Part shown: one piece after another, positions 1 to 8,773 of the stretch
Position numbering within the stretch: the first letter of the stretch is position 1
Layout of the letters: every line of letters begins with the position of its first letter
Source: an uncultured virus (IMG/VR IMGVR_UViG_3300044640_001367)
Lineage: Duplodnaviria; Heunggongvirae; Uroviricota; Caudoviricetes
Direction: 5' to 3' (one strand)
Length of the DNA stretch: 20,000 nucleotides
IMG/VR virus record: IMGVR_UViG_3300044640_001367
Span: 51,998 to 71,997 of that record
The notes under the pieces: model-generated
Told to the model about the DNA's origin: nothing
What the model saw: only the letters and a program-made list of their open reading frames with translations
Databases searched by the model: none
Program-made: the position numbers and the translations under genes

Positions 1-2
1 TT

Positions 3-248
3 GGACGAGAGGAAAATAAACAAAAGGTGGCTAAATTCTTTGTTAAACCAGGATTTAAACTTAAAATTTTAGGCAATGCTGATAATTTGAAGCCAAAGGA
101 TCAATATCAAGTTGCTAAATCAAAAGCATTAGTTGAACCAAACAGTCAACAAAATGTTGTTCCATCAAACAAAATAACCGCTGATAAAGAGGATGCGACT
201 ACTCAAGATCAAAACGCACAAACGGGAACAACACAACCTAAAGCTTAA
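3..248 (+). CDS. Hypothetical protein, 5'-truncated (C-terminal part)
   Basis: Frame is open from position 3 (GREENKQKVAKFF...), so the GTG at 27 is probably internal. It ends with TAA 5 nt before the protease ATG and has a Q/T-rich tail. Confidence 0.65.
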   Translation, partial: GREENKQKVAKFFVKPGFKLKILGNADNLKPKDQYQVAKSKALVEPNSQQNVVPSNKITADKEDATTQDQNAQTGTTQPKA

Positions 249-253
249 TATAT

Positions 254-856
254 ATGAAACAAGTACTGATAGATATTTTACCATTTGAATTTAAAAAAAC
301 ATCTTTAAATGAATCTCTTAAAGATGGAAAATTATACGTAACCGGCGTATTACAACGTGCCGACGCAAAAAACCAAAACGGCCGTGTGTATCCAGTAGAT
401 GTGTTGAAGAGAGAAGCTGAGAAATATATGCAAAATTTCGTTAAACAACGTCGTGCTATGGGTGAATTAGATCACCCAGAATCATCTGTTGTTAACTTAA
501 AAAATGTAAGTCATAATATCGTAGATATGGGGTGGGAAAGTAAAGATTTAGTTGGTACAGTTGAAATTCTTCCTACGCCTAGCGGTAACATTTTAAGAGA
601 CTTGCTACAATCAGGTATTCTTTTGGGTATTAGTAGTCGCGGATTAGGAAGTGTTAAAAAAGATATGCGTGAAAATGCAGATGTTGTACAAGACGATTTT
701 GATTTAATTGCGTTTGATTTCGTAAGCAATCCAAGTACACAAGGAGCTTTTATGTATCCACAGGGAAAAATCAATGAAAGCGTTGAACAAAAAATAATAA
801 TTAACCCATATAGTAATGTTGAAAGAATTATTCACAACATTCTATCAGAACTATAA
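254..856 (+). CDS. gp21: Prohead core protease, T4 gp21-like
   Basis: Motifs GVLQRADAKNQNGRVYP, AMGELDHP, VSHNI, ILPTPSGNIL, GISSRGLGS and FDFVSNPS match T4 gp21-family proteases. It lies upstream of the scaffold and capsid genes. Confidence 0.95.
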   Translation: MKQVLIDILPFEFKKTSLNESLKDGKLYVTGVLQRADAKNQNGRVYPVDVLKREAEKYMQNFVKQRRAMGELDHPESSVVNLKNVSHNIVDMGWESKDLVGTVEILPTPSGNILRDLLQSGILLGISSRGLGSVKKDMRENADVVQDDFDLIAFDFVSNPSTQGAFMYPQGKINESVEQKIIINPYSNVERIIHNILSEL

Positions 857-863
857 TATTTAT
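856..863 (+). promoter_or_regulatory. ATATTTAT motif, candidate phage late promoter element
   Basis: 5 nt before ATG 869; the same motif and spacing recur at other gene starts. Confidence 0.6.
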
Positions 864-868
864 AAAGT

Positions 869-1291
869 ATGAAATTAAAACATTTACTGGAAAACTCTAC
901 GGAATCGACTTATGTCGCTTTGACCAAAGAAGAAAAATCAAAAATGGTCGGGGTTATTAAATCTTACAACGAATATCGTAAAGGATTAAAAGCTGATAGT
1001 GTCTATGAAACAGCACAAAAAATTATGGAAGCTGTTAATTTAGCAGAACGATATGCTATTAAAGAATGTAACGAATGGATGGAAGCTAAAATGGTGGAAC
1101 GTGATATGAAAGAAATCAAACGTGATGCCGCTAAGATGTACGAAGAAGCACAAAAGATGAAAGCTATTGAACAACAACTTGAAATGTTGTATGAACAAGT
1201 TGGTATGAGATTGGAACGTTATTTTGAGATCGCAGATTCAATGAATGAAAATCCACAAACAACCAATGTTAGTACTAACGCATCGGTATAG
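869..1291 (+). CDS. Hypothetical alpha-helical head-region protein (possible prohead core/internal protein)
   Basis: 140 aa, E/K/M-rich helical composition, N-terminus MKLKHLLE, directly after the protease gene. Confidence 0.75.
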   Translation: MKLKHLLENSTESTYVALTKEEKSKMVGVIKSYNEYRKGLKADSVYETAQKIMEAVNLAERYAIKECNEWMEAKMVERDMKEIKRDAAKMYEEAQKMKAIEQQLEMLYEQVGMRLERYFEIADSMNENPQTTNVSTNASV

Positions 1292-1733
1292 AATCGATAA
1301 ATTCCAACATCGAGATAAACGATTCAAAAACATATTTTCTATTTGATTCTAATACATAACCTTCGTCTGTTTTATAGACGAAGGTTTTTCTCTTTTCATT
1401 AACCATATCTAAAGAGGGAACTTCTACTTCAGAGAACATTCTGTACTCGTCATCTATACGAAAATCCATTTCGCCTAACAAATCTATCTCCATAAAATTC
1501 CATCCATTTGGATTATCTATATCTTCAAGTTTGTACATTTTTTCTTCTTCAAAATTATCATTATTTATAAAGTTAATTAATTTTGGCGATTTGTACTTGT
1601 TATAACTATTATTCATTTCACGTACATCGGGATTTGAATAAGCGTTTTCTTCGCCAGTTCTTTTTATGAACTTATAATTATCTTTTTTAGAATTCATATG
1701 TTTAGAAAAATTGGGATTAAAATTATAGGCCAT
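1275..1733 (-). CDS. Hypothetical protein
   Basis: 152-aa ORF with an ATG start that overlaps the upstream minus-strand gene by 11 nt. It also has a 17-nt convergent overlap with 869..1291. Confidence 0.7.
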   Translation of the reverse strand: MAYNFNPNFSKHMNSKKDNYKFIKRTGEENAYSNPDVREMNNSYNKYKSPKLINFINNDNFEEEKMYKLEDIDNPNGWNFMEIDLLGEMDFRIDDEYRMFSEVEVPSLDMVNEKRKTFVYKTDEGYVLESNRKYVFESFISMLEFIDSIPMR

Positions 1734-2316
1734 AAGAGTTAATTCTATCTATAAAGTCTGCTAACGAACTTGTTTGTTCACTATCTTTGTTTTTATCTAC
1801 ACCGGTACTCAACATACTAAATATTTCTTTTTCTGGTCGATCAGGATAGGTTCTTTGTACAAAACAAGCATAAACAATTAAATTTTCATTTTTTTGATCT
1901 ATTAATTTTTTAAACACATACTTTTTTGTACTACCGTTACTGAATATTTCGGTTTGTATCTGTGTGTTTTCCGGCGCATTTGGAATAAAATTGGTTTTGC
2001 CAAATCCGCTAAATCCATTTTGCTTATTTTGAAATATCAACATTTCTTTTTTGACAAATGGAACTCCTTCGTTTTCTTTCAACACTTGATTAAAAGATTT
2101 TCCTTTGATAATGTCAAAATCACTCAGTGAATACTCAGACTCTTTGAGACTTTTCAATATTTCTTTTAGTTTGGTAAAATCTTTAACGCTACTTGGTTTT
2201 ATAGTACTAGCCATTGTACGTACTGTTGAAGATACTTTTCCAGGTTTAATTTTTCCTTTTTGTAAGGCTCGTACTAATCTGAATAGTCTCGCTTGCTTTT
2301 CACTTTGTGCTGGCAT
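1723..2316 (-). CDS. Hypothetical phage protein with N-terminal 'MPAxSxKQ' basic module (DUF3008-like)
   Basis: MPAQSEKQARLFRLVRALQKG...VKDF resembles, from memory, the MPAKSKAQQR...VKDFA module of T4-like phage proteins. Preceded by the ATATTTAT motif. Confidence 0.7.
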   Translation of the reverse strand: MPAQSEKQARLFRLVRALQKGKIKPGKVSSTVRTMASTIKPSSVKDFTKLKEILKSLKESEYSLSDFDIIKGKSFNQVLKENEGVPFVKKEMLIFQNKQNGFSGFGKTNFIPNAPENTQIQTEIFSNGSTKKYVFKKLIDQKNENLIVYACFVQRTYPDRPEKEIFSMLSTGVDKNKDSEQTSSLADFIDRINSYGL

Positions 2317-2322
2317 ATATCA

Positions 2323-2330
2323 ATAAATAT
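2323..2330 (-). promoter_or_regulatory. ATATTTAT motif, candidate late promoter element
   Basis: + strand ATAAATAT, 6 nt upstream of the minus-strand ATG at 2316. Confidence 0.6.
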
Positions 2331-2361
2331 AAAATATTTTGATATATTTACGTTTTTAATT

Positions 2362-2369
2362 ATATTTAT
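2362..2369 (+). promoter_or_regulatory. ATATTTAT motif, candidate promoter for the scaffold-capsid operon
   Basis: Intergenic, divergent from the 2323-2330 copy, about 100 nt upstream of the scaffold ATG. Confidence 0.55.
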
Positions 2370-2471
2370 TATTCAAATACATCATTCTTTGATGTGACAG
2401 CGATTTATCTTCTTTGGAGTTCTTCAATAGCTTCATAAACAAATAACAATAAGAAAGGCAGAAATATAATT

Positions 2472-3557
2472 ATGAGCGATCTATTAAAAGAAAGTATTGC
2501 GGATGCAAAGGCTGTTCGTGAAACAGCATTGGCAAATGCAAAAACCTTCCTTGAAGAAAGTTTTGCAAACAGTATGAAAGAAATGTTTGCGGACAAACTC
2601 AAAGAAGAAATGGCAGAAGAATCAACCGAAGAAGAAGAAGGTAAGATTGAAGAAAAGCTTGCATCTTCTAACATTGGTAAAAATGATGGTTTAACAGCTA
2701 AGACTTCTAAGCCAGCAAATCCATCTACACTCAAGTCTACATCTTCAAACGGTAAACAAGAATTTGATGTTAAACTTGAAGAAGAAGCTTCATCTGAAGA
2801 AGGCGATGAAGTAACTAGTGAAGAACTAGATGAAATTCTAGCTGAATTAGAAGGCGAAGTATCTGACGAAATGCACAGTCAAGGTTCTTCTGAAACACCC
2901 GATACAGGTGAAGAAATGGGCGAAGACATGGGTGATATTAATCTAGACGAACTTCTTGCTGAACTAGAAGCTGAAGATCCTTCTGCACTAGCTCCAGCTC
3001 CAGCTCCAGCTCCTGTTGCTCCTGATGCTCAAGCACCTGTAGATCAAGTACCTGCAGCTCCCGCTCCAGCACAAGTTCCATCTCCTTCTGAAGGAGGATA
3101 TGCAGACGAAGTTTCCGCCGAAGAAATGGCAGAAGCTTTGGTCGCTATCAACGAAGAAAACGAATCTCTTAAGAAACATTTATCAGAAGCTCTAAGCACT
3201 GTTAAGTTTATGAAGGGCGTTCTATCTGAAACCAACCTATTGAATGCTAAGTTGCTTTATACCAACAAGTTGTTCAAAGGTAAGAGTTTAACCGAAGATC
3301 AAAAACTTAAGATCATTAACACTTTCGACTTGACCAGAAACATCCGTGAAGTCAAGTTGGCATATACAGTTTTAGCCGAATCATTTAATTCCGGTGCATC
3401 AGTTGTCAAGAAAAAAACCAATACAACTGCTCACACTATCACCGAAGGTTTGGCAAGCAAACAAGTATCATCAACTAAGCCAGTATCTACTATTGTAGAA
3501 CCACACGCTGACGAGATGACTTCAAGATTCCAAAAACTCGCAGGAATCAAGAAGTAA
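2472..3557 (+). CDS. Prohead scaffolding/core protein (T4 gp22 positional analogue)
   Basis: 361 aa, highly acidic and helical, with many L-x-E sites, a Pro/Ala linker and a C-terminal RFQKLAGIKK. Immediately upstream of the capsid gene. Confidence 0.8.
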   Translation: MSDLLKESIADAKAVRETALANAKTFLEESFANSMKEMFADKLKEEMAEESTEEEEGKIEEKLASSNIGKNDGLTAKTSKPANPSTLKSTSSNGKQEFDVKLEEEASSEEGDEVTSEELDEILAELEGEVSDEMHSQGSSETPDTGEEMGEDMGDINLDELLAELEAEDPSALAPAPAPAPVAPDAQAPVDQVPAAPAPAQVPSPSEGGYADEVSAEEMAEALVAINEENESLKKHLSEALSTVKFMKGVLSETNLLNAKLLYTNKLFKGKSLTEDQKLKIINTFDLTRNIREVKLAYTVLAESFNSGASVVKKKTNTTAHTITEGLASKQVSSTKPVSTIVEPHADEMTSRFQKLAGIKK

Positions 3558-3610
3558 AATTAGTTTGCGAGTAAAAACCTAACAGTAATTAAATAAAGAA
3601 AGATACAAAT

Positions 3611-5449
3611 ATGAGTATGGATATTAAAAGTCTATTGACAAACAATATGAATCCACAGGCCAAATTAATGGCAGAAACACGTGGACTACAAGGCAAATGG
3701 GAAAAGACAGGCCTCCTAGAAGGTTGCAAAGGTGTTGAAAAAGCACATATGTCAATCCTATTAGAAAATCAAGCAAAACAATTGCTTGACGAAGCAACCA
3801 CAACTGGTACATCTACCAGTTCAGAACAATGGGCTGGCGTAGCTCTTCCATTGGTTCGTCGTGTGTTTGCTGAAATCGCTGCGAAGGAATTCGTAAGCGT
3901 TCAACCAATGAATCTACCATCTGGTCTAATCTTCTATCTAGACTTCAAGTATGGTACTAACGCTCCTGGTTCAGATTTGCGCAACTTGAACAACGGTAGT
4001 TCTGTAACTACCCGCGCCGGTAAGCAATTGAACGACAGTTTGTTTGGTGGTACAGGCAAGAAATTGGGTTCAACTGATAGCGCAGTACGTGGTTTATACG
4101 GCCAAGGTGCTTTTGCATATTCAGTTCGTCCAGTAAGTAGTTCCGCTATTACAATCACGTATTCATCAGGAGCAACCAATAACGGTGGTACAATTCAAAC
4201 CGCTTCTTGGAATGACGTACAATTTGATGCTGAATTGAGTGGTTCCGTGGTAGCTAAGAAATTGTTTAAAGTAATCTTGAATCACGATGATAATAATACC
4301 CCTGTATCAAGTTACGGAAATCTATACAACGTTGACTTGAATGCAGTGCGTTCATTCAACTTGATCTCAGGTTCAGGTGCGACCAATCCAGGCGCACTCA
4401 TTAAAAACGGTGTGGTGTTGAACACTTACAGCAAAGCGGTCAATACTGGTAGTTTGAGCAATCCATTCTATCAAACTGTATACATCGTATCCGCTTCACA
4501 GAGTACATTCGCTGGCGCCGCCTCCGGTCCAAGACTTAAATTGATCTATAGTCTACAACCTACGGACAACCTACGTGGTGACTTTGAAGCTGGTAAGACA
4601 CCAGGTGAAGGTTCTGGTACAGCTGCTAACGTTGCTACTCAAAGCATCGACACTGATATCAGTATCCCAGAAGTTAACTTGGTACTAAACAGCGAACCAA
4701 TCGTTGCTAAGACCCGTAAACTAAAGGCAGTCTGGACCCCAGAATTAGCGCAAGACTTGAACGCATATCACTCTATTGATGCAGAAGCAGAATTGACTGC
4801 TCTGTTGAGTGAATACGTATCTATGGAAATCGATCTAGAAATCCTAGAAATGTTGAACGGTGCCGTTCAAGGTATAACTACCGAAGCTTGGTCCGCCCAA
4901 ATCGGTGTTGAATTCAGCAAGGGATTGAATGCAACTACTGGTGACGCAGTATTCACACGTAATGCAAATGCTTCTGCAAATCGTACAGCTTACGTTAAGA
5001 GCACTTGGTTCCAAACTCTTGGTAACAAGATTCAAAAGGTATCTAACACAATCCAAAAATTGACCCTCCGTGGTGGTGCTAACTTCTTGGTCGTAAGTCC
5101 AGACGTAGCAACCATCTTGGAATCAATTCCAGGATATGTAGTAAACACCGATGGTGACAGTGCTAAGTTCGCAATGGGCGTTGCACGTGTTGGTAGCTTC
5201 GCAAGTCGCTTCCAAGTTTACAAGAACCCATATATGACCGATAATATCGTATTGGTTGGTTTCCGTGGAAATAACTTCCTAGAAACAGGCGCAGTATATG
5301 CTCCTTATATCCCACTAATCCAAACTCCATTGGTCTATGATCCAGTGAACTTCACTCCACGTAGAGGTGTAATGACCCGCTACGCTAAGAAGGTCGTGCG
5401 CCCAGAGTTCTATGGAAAAGTTATTATCGGTGATCTCGATACCGTATAA
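3611..5449 (+). CDS. gp23: Major capsid protein, T4 gp23-like
   Basis: Motifs ILLENQ, LVRRVF, VQPMNLPSGLIFYL, AKTRKLKAVWTPELAQDLNAYHSIDAEAELTALLSEYVSMEIDLEI, YAPYIPL and FTPRRGVMTRYA are typical of the gp23 family. Confidence 0.97.
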   Translation: MSMDIKSLLTNNMNPQAKLMAETRGLQGKWEKTGLLEGCKGVEKAHMSILLENQAKQLLDEATTTGTSTSSEQWAGVALPLVRRVFAEIAAKEFVSVQPMNLPSGLIFYLDFKYGTNAPGSDLRNLNNGSSVTTRAGKQLNDSLFGGTGKKLGSTDSAVRGLYGQGAFAYSVRPVSSSAITITYSSGATNNGGTIQTASWNDVQFDAELSGSVVAKKLFKVILNHDDNNTPVSSYGNLYNVDLNAVRSFNLISGSGATNPGALIKNGVVLNTYSKAVNTGSLSNPFYQTVYIVSASQSTFAGAASGPRLKLIYSLQPTDNLRGDFEAGKTPGEGSGTAANVATQSIDTDISIPEVNLVLNSEPIVAKTRKLKAVWTPELAQDLNAYHSIDAEAELTALLSEYVSMEIDLEILEMLNGAVQGITTEAWSAQIGVEFSKGLNATTGDAVFTRNANASANRTAYVKSTWFQTLGNKIQKVSNTIQKLTLRGGANFLVVSPDVATILESIPGYVVNTDGDSAKFAMGVARVGSFASRFQVYKNPYMTDNIVLVGFRGNNFLETGAVYAPYIPLIQTPLVYDPVNFTPRRGVMTRYAKKVVRPEFYGKVIIGDLDTV

Positions 5450-5473
5450 TACTTAGTAGAAATAAAATAACTC

Positions 5474-5502
5474 AAAAACCCCAACGAAAGTTGGGGTTTT
5501 TT
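5474..5502. terminator. Bidirectional intrinsic terminator
   Basis: AAAAACCCCAAC-GAAA-GTTGGGGTTTTTT is a perfect stem with a GNRA loop and a T tract on both strands, between the convergent capsid and mom genes. Confidence 0.92.
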
Positions 5503-5508
5503 CTTGCA

Positions 5509-6282
5509 CTAATCGAAAAATTCGTTGGTATTTTCTACAACGATTTCTTGCACTTCTTCTTTGAACGAAGTATCTTTGGGATAAGGTAGAACTTTATGTT
5601 TAAGAGATTTAACCAGTTTCTTATTTTCTATCTTGTTGCTTATAAACTTGATATAACGATGTTTACCGCTTTCACGTTTGCGCCAAAATGTTCTACCAAT
5701 ACGTTCTTTTAGTTTATCTACACTGTGTGTTTTCCAACGTGCATATACACTTCTACTATGTATCCAATCATATTCAGTGGGGCCAATTAAACTAACACTA
5801 TAGTTAGGCATCAGTGCAATATCCACATAGTTATCACCTTGATATACAAATCCAGTTGCTTGATATATTGTTCCAACGTGACCAGCTTCACTATCCGCGT
5901 AACTAAGAATACATTTTATTTGTGGATAATCTGTGTTTAATAATCTAAAACTTTCAGCTATACAATAGCTTTCTATATTTTTACCATAACCATCTGCAAT
6001 CCACAGTCGTGTTAATTCCAACACATTGTTATTAGTAAGTAGAGGACATATGCTGGTACTTGCATTTCTACCCACGGCATTTCCATATACTAATACACCT
6101 ATTAGGCGTTCGTTAAAACCACCAAAGAATGTGCTTTCAATATACTCTTTATAATAAACTCCATAAGCTACAGTACAAAGAGACCATTTGTGTGTATAAT
6201 GGTTTTTTTCAATAAGAGTTTTTGCAACATTCTTATTGATACTTTTGAGATAAAGCAATGAGGTATCACAATATTCGGACAT
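5509..6282 (-). CDS. mom: Mom-family (GNAT-fold) adenine-modification enzyme
   Basis: Motifs IEKNHYTH, LIGVLVYG, VLELTRLWI, KNIES, and ILSYADSEAGHVGTIYQATGFVYQG are characteristic of phage Mu Mom homologues. Confidence 0.85.
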   Translation of the reverse strand: MSEYCDTSLLYLKSINKNVAKTLIEKNHYTHKWSLCTVAYGVYYKEYIESTFFGGFNERLIGVLVYGNAVGRNASTSICPLLTNNNVLELTRLWIADGYGKNIESYCIAESFRLLNTDYPQIKCILSYADSEAGHVGTIYQATGFVYQGDNYVDIALMPNYSVSLIGPTEYDWIHSRSVYARWKTHSVDKLKERIGRTFWRKRESGKHRYIKFISNKIENKKLVKSLKHKVLPYPKDTSFKEEVQEIVVENTNEFFD

Positions 6283-6288
6283 TCCCCC

Positions 6289-6316
6289 ATTATAAACCTA
6301 TAATAAAGAATGTCAA
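6289..6316 (-). promoter_or_regulatory. Consensus sigma70-type promoter for mom
   Basis: Minus strand reads TTGACA (6316-6311), 16-nt spacer, TATAAT (6294-6289), GGGGGA, ATG (6282). Confidence 0.8.
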
Positions 6317-6319
6317 CAT

Positions 6320-6532
6320 TTATATTAAATAAAACAAGCCTTTTGAATTATAAACTACAATTCTGATCTTGGTATCGTTATCTTTAATGATACCGAGTTT
6401 ATCTGAAATTTGAAATGGACCTGGATGATTACTTGTACGTACACCCATTACTTTATCTTTTATTTTATATACATCCAAATCTGTATTAACAACACTTGCG
6501 TGATATTGTCTTCCCAAAGGTATCATTTTCAT
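6320..6532 (-). CDS. Small hypothetical protein (70 aa)
   Basis: Its ATG overlaps the cyclase TGA (ATGA overlap, 6529-6532), suggesting translational coupling. It fills the gap exactly up to the mom promoter. Confidence 0.65.
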   Translation of the reverse strand: MKMIPLGRQYHASVVNTDLDVYKIKDKVMGVRTSNHPGPFQISDKLGIIKDNDTKIRIVVYNSKGLFYLI

Positions 6533-8307
6533 AATGGTTTATTTGTTGTTGGTTCTGCTTTTTTTACTCTACTTGATGGAAATTCTTTGTTACCAAACTC
6601 GGTACCGTGTAAACTGTACAAATGCATTATTACACCGTGTTTTACAATTACATCCCCCAAATCATTTACCAAAACGTATGCTGGTCTATCATATTTCAAC
6701 ATTACAGCTGAACTAACTAATAAATGATTTGTTTCACCCGCATCCATTACTCTTTGAGCATAATTGATTCCATCACCGCTTATATTAAGATTTCCATTGA
6801 TATCTTCCATTGGAATTACAGGTCCACAGTGTACACCCATTCTCATTTGTAAGTCGGGTCTATCTTTTACTGCTTTAGCTATAGCAACGGCACAATTCAT
6901 TGCATCTTCTAGATACGTGAAAAATCCCATTACCATACCATCTCCGGTGGGTAATATAATCAACTTTTCAAGAGCATTAGCTGTTTTATATTGCATTGTA
7001 GATTTAACTAGTGTACCCAAGTCTTTACAAGCCTTCTTTTGTTCATCTGTGGTTTTTTTACTGTAAGCCACAATATCCATAAAGAATATGAAACCTTCTT
7101 GTTCAGTATCTAATTGTAATCGTCCTGATTTGACTTCCACGTCGATCTTGTCAACTTTACGAACTATTTGTTTAACTGGTTTTGGTACTTCAACCTTTGG
7201 TTGTTCTTCTTTCTTTTCTACAACCGGCATATTCTTTAATTTTAAAAAGTCTTTCCAGTTAATCTTTTTTGTTGGTGCATCTTTCTTTTTTGGTTCTTTT
7301 GCAGTCTGTTCTGCTTCTAGTTTCTTTATTGCTTCTTCTTCACGATTGCGTTTTTCAATGAATAACGCAATTTGTTTCTTAACTTCATCTGTAATATAAA
7401 TGTTTACATCTTTACCATTACCACCCGTATCGTGTTTCTTCTTTCTTAAAGCACCTTTGGCTTGTAAATAACTTTGCATTTCTACATTGCCTGTCTTGAA
7501 TGCAATGTCTAACGGAGCAATTTCTCCCTTAAAATCTGCACCATTAACATTTGCACCCAAATGTACCAAAAACTCCGTCATATCAACATCGTTAGCATTA
7601 ACGGCGTAATGTAATGGCATCCATCCATTCTTTTCATCTCTACCATTAATTTTACCGTCTTTATCAAAAAATGACTGTACACCTTCAAAATCACCGGTTT
7701 CAGCACAAAAATGAATATTAACACCACCAGCAGATTTAGCGCCATTTTTATTTAACAACTTAACAATTTCACCTCTATTAACATTGGATAACACATCTAT
7801 TGGATTGTTTTTACCTAAGAAATCTTTCTTGTTGACATCAGCACCTTTAACAATTAAATATTCAACCAAATGTTTTTGTCCATAATTAACCGCATAGTGT
7901 AGTGCTGTCCAACCTTTACCAGCGTCAACTTCATTGATATCTTGTTTTTTACTCAACATTTCTTCAATAGAAACAATATCACCATTCTTAGCAGCCAAAT
8001 GAAAACTGCTACCACTACTATATTTTGCACCTCGACCTTGCAATAATTCTGAAATGTGTTTAAACCCTTTTTGTTCAGATATATCTAATGCAGTATTTTT
8101 GCTTGTCCAATCTTTTACATTTACATCGGCGCCACGATTTAATAACAATTTGACTATTTCTATTTGATTTTCTTCTACTGCAACAACCAATGGTGGATTG
8201 CCGGTATCGTCATCTCTCTGATTAACGTCTATTTTTTCTTTTTCGATGCAATTGTATACGTTATCATACAACCCTCGTTTAATGTGGGTAAAAATATTGA
8301 TTGCCAT
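6529..8307 (-). CDS. Ankyrin-repeat protein fused to a class III (adenylate/guanylate-type) nucleotide cyclase domain
   Basis: N-terminal ~290 aa hold about 9 ankyrin repeats (GWTALHYAVNYG, GWMPLHYAVNAN, GADVN), followed by a K/E/P linker. The C-terminal domain has FMDIVAYS, TGDG, MRMGVHCGPV, GDGINYAQRVMD and LLVS. Confidence 0.9.
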   Translation of the reverse strand: MAINIFTHIKRGLYDNVYNCIEKEKIDVNQRDDDTGNPPLVVAVEENQIEIVKLLLNRGADVNVKDWTSKNTALDISEQKGFKHISELLQGRGAKYSSGSSFHLAAKNGDIVSIEEMLSKKQDINEVDAGKGWTALHYAVNYGQKHLVEYLIVKGADVNKKDFLGKNNPIDVLSNVNRGEIVKLLNKNGAKSAGGVNIHFCAETGDFEGVQSFFDKDGKINGRDEKNGWMPLHYAVNANDVDMTEFLVHLGANVNGADFKGEIAPLDIAFKTGNVEMQSYLQAKGALRKKKHDTGGNGKDVNIYITDEVKKQIALFIEKRNREEEAIKKLEAEQTAKEPKKKDAPTKKINWKDFLKLKNMPVVEKKEEQPKVEVPKPVKQIVRKVDKIDVEVKSGRLQLDTEQEGFIFFMDIVAYSKKTTDEQKKACKDLGTLVKSTMQYKTANALEKLIILPTGDGMVMGFFTYLEDAMNCAVAIAKAVKDRPDLQMRMGVHCGPVIPMEDINGNLNISGDGINYAQRVMDAGETNHLLVSSAVMLKYDRPAYVLVNDLGDVIVKHGVIMHLYSLHGTEFGNKEFPSSRVKKAEPTTNKPL

Positions 8308-8314
8308 AAGTAAA

Positions 8315-8704
8315 TTAGTCTTGTTTGTTTTCTTTTTTGAAACGAGCCAAATCCAACTGAGGTAGTGGTTTTTCTATATTTAGACCGGCCAATCTTTCAT
8401 TTTGAATAACTAATTTACTGCCACCTACAACCTTACCATCTACTACATCATATATAAAGAATACCGTTTTGGTTAAACCTACACGTACAATTCTTCCTGG
8501 TTTACCATCAACATATACAACGTCATCTTCTTTATAATCGGATCCAATAAACATAAAAAGCGCAGCTGCTAACTTTTCAATGCTTGATTTGAATATTAGA
8601 ATTACTAAACCGGCTAAGAACATCCAGACATATTTGCCTGTCATATCTTGCGCTGTTGATTCTAATACTTTTTCTGAAATTACTTGTACAGTATTTGTGT
8701 CCAT
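8315..8704 (-). CDS. Small membrane protein with MscS-like TM helix plus beta domain
   Basis: Hydrophobic YVWMFLAGLVILIF, then SIEKLAAALFMFIGSDYKEDDVVYVDGKPGRIVRVGLTKT, resembling the MscS TM3/middle beta domain (F..GD.I.I.G..G.V..I....T). Confidence 0.65.
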   Translation of the reverse strand: MDTNTVQVISEKVLESTAQDMTGKYVWMFLAGLVILIFKSSIEKLAAALFMFIGSDYKEDDVVYVDGKPGRIVRVGLTKTVFFIYDVVDGKVVGGSKLVIQNERLAGLNIEKPLPQLDLARFKKENKQD

Positions 8705-8754
8705 ATTTGTTTTTGGTTATTTAAAACGAGTTTAACACCTAAAACAATTATATA

Positions 8755-8762
8755 ATAAATAT
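8755..8762 (-). promoter_or_regulatory. ATATTTAT motif, candidate late promoter element
   Basis: Intergenic, 50 nt upstream of the minus-strand ATG at 8704. Confidence 0.45.
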
Positions 8763-8773
8763 ATTTAATTATC

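Noticed and set aside
2982..3090. GCTCCA tandem repeat
   Set aside because: It encodes an ordinary Ala-Pro linker in the scaffold protein.
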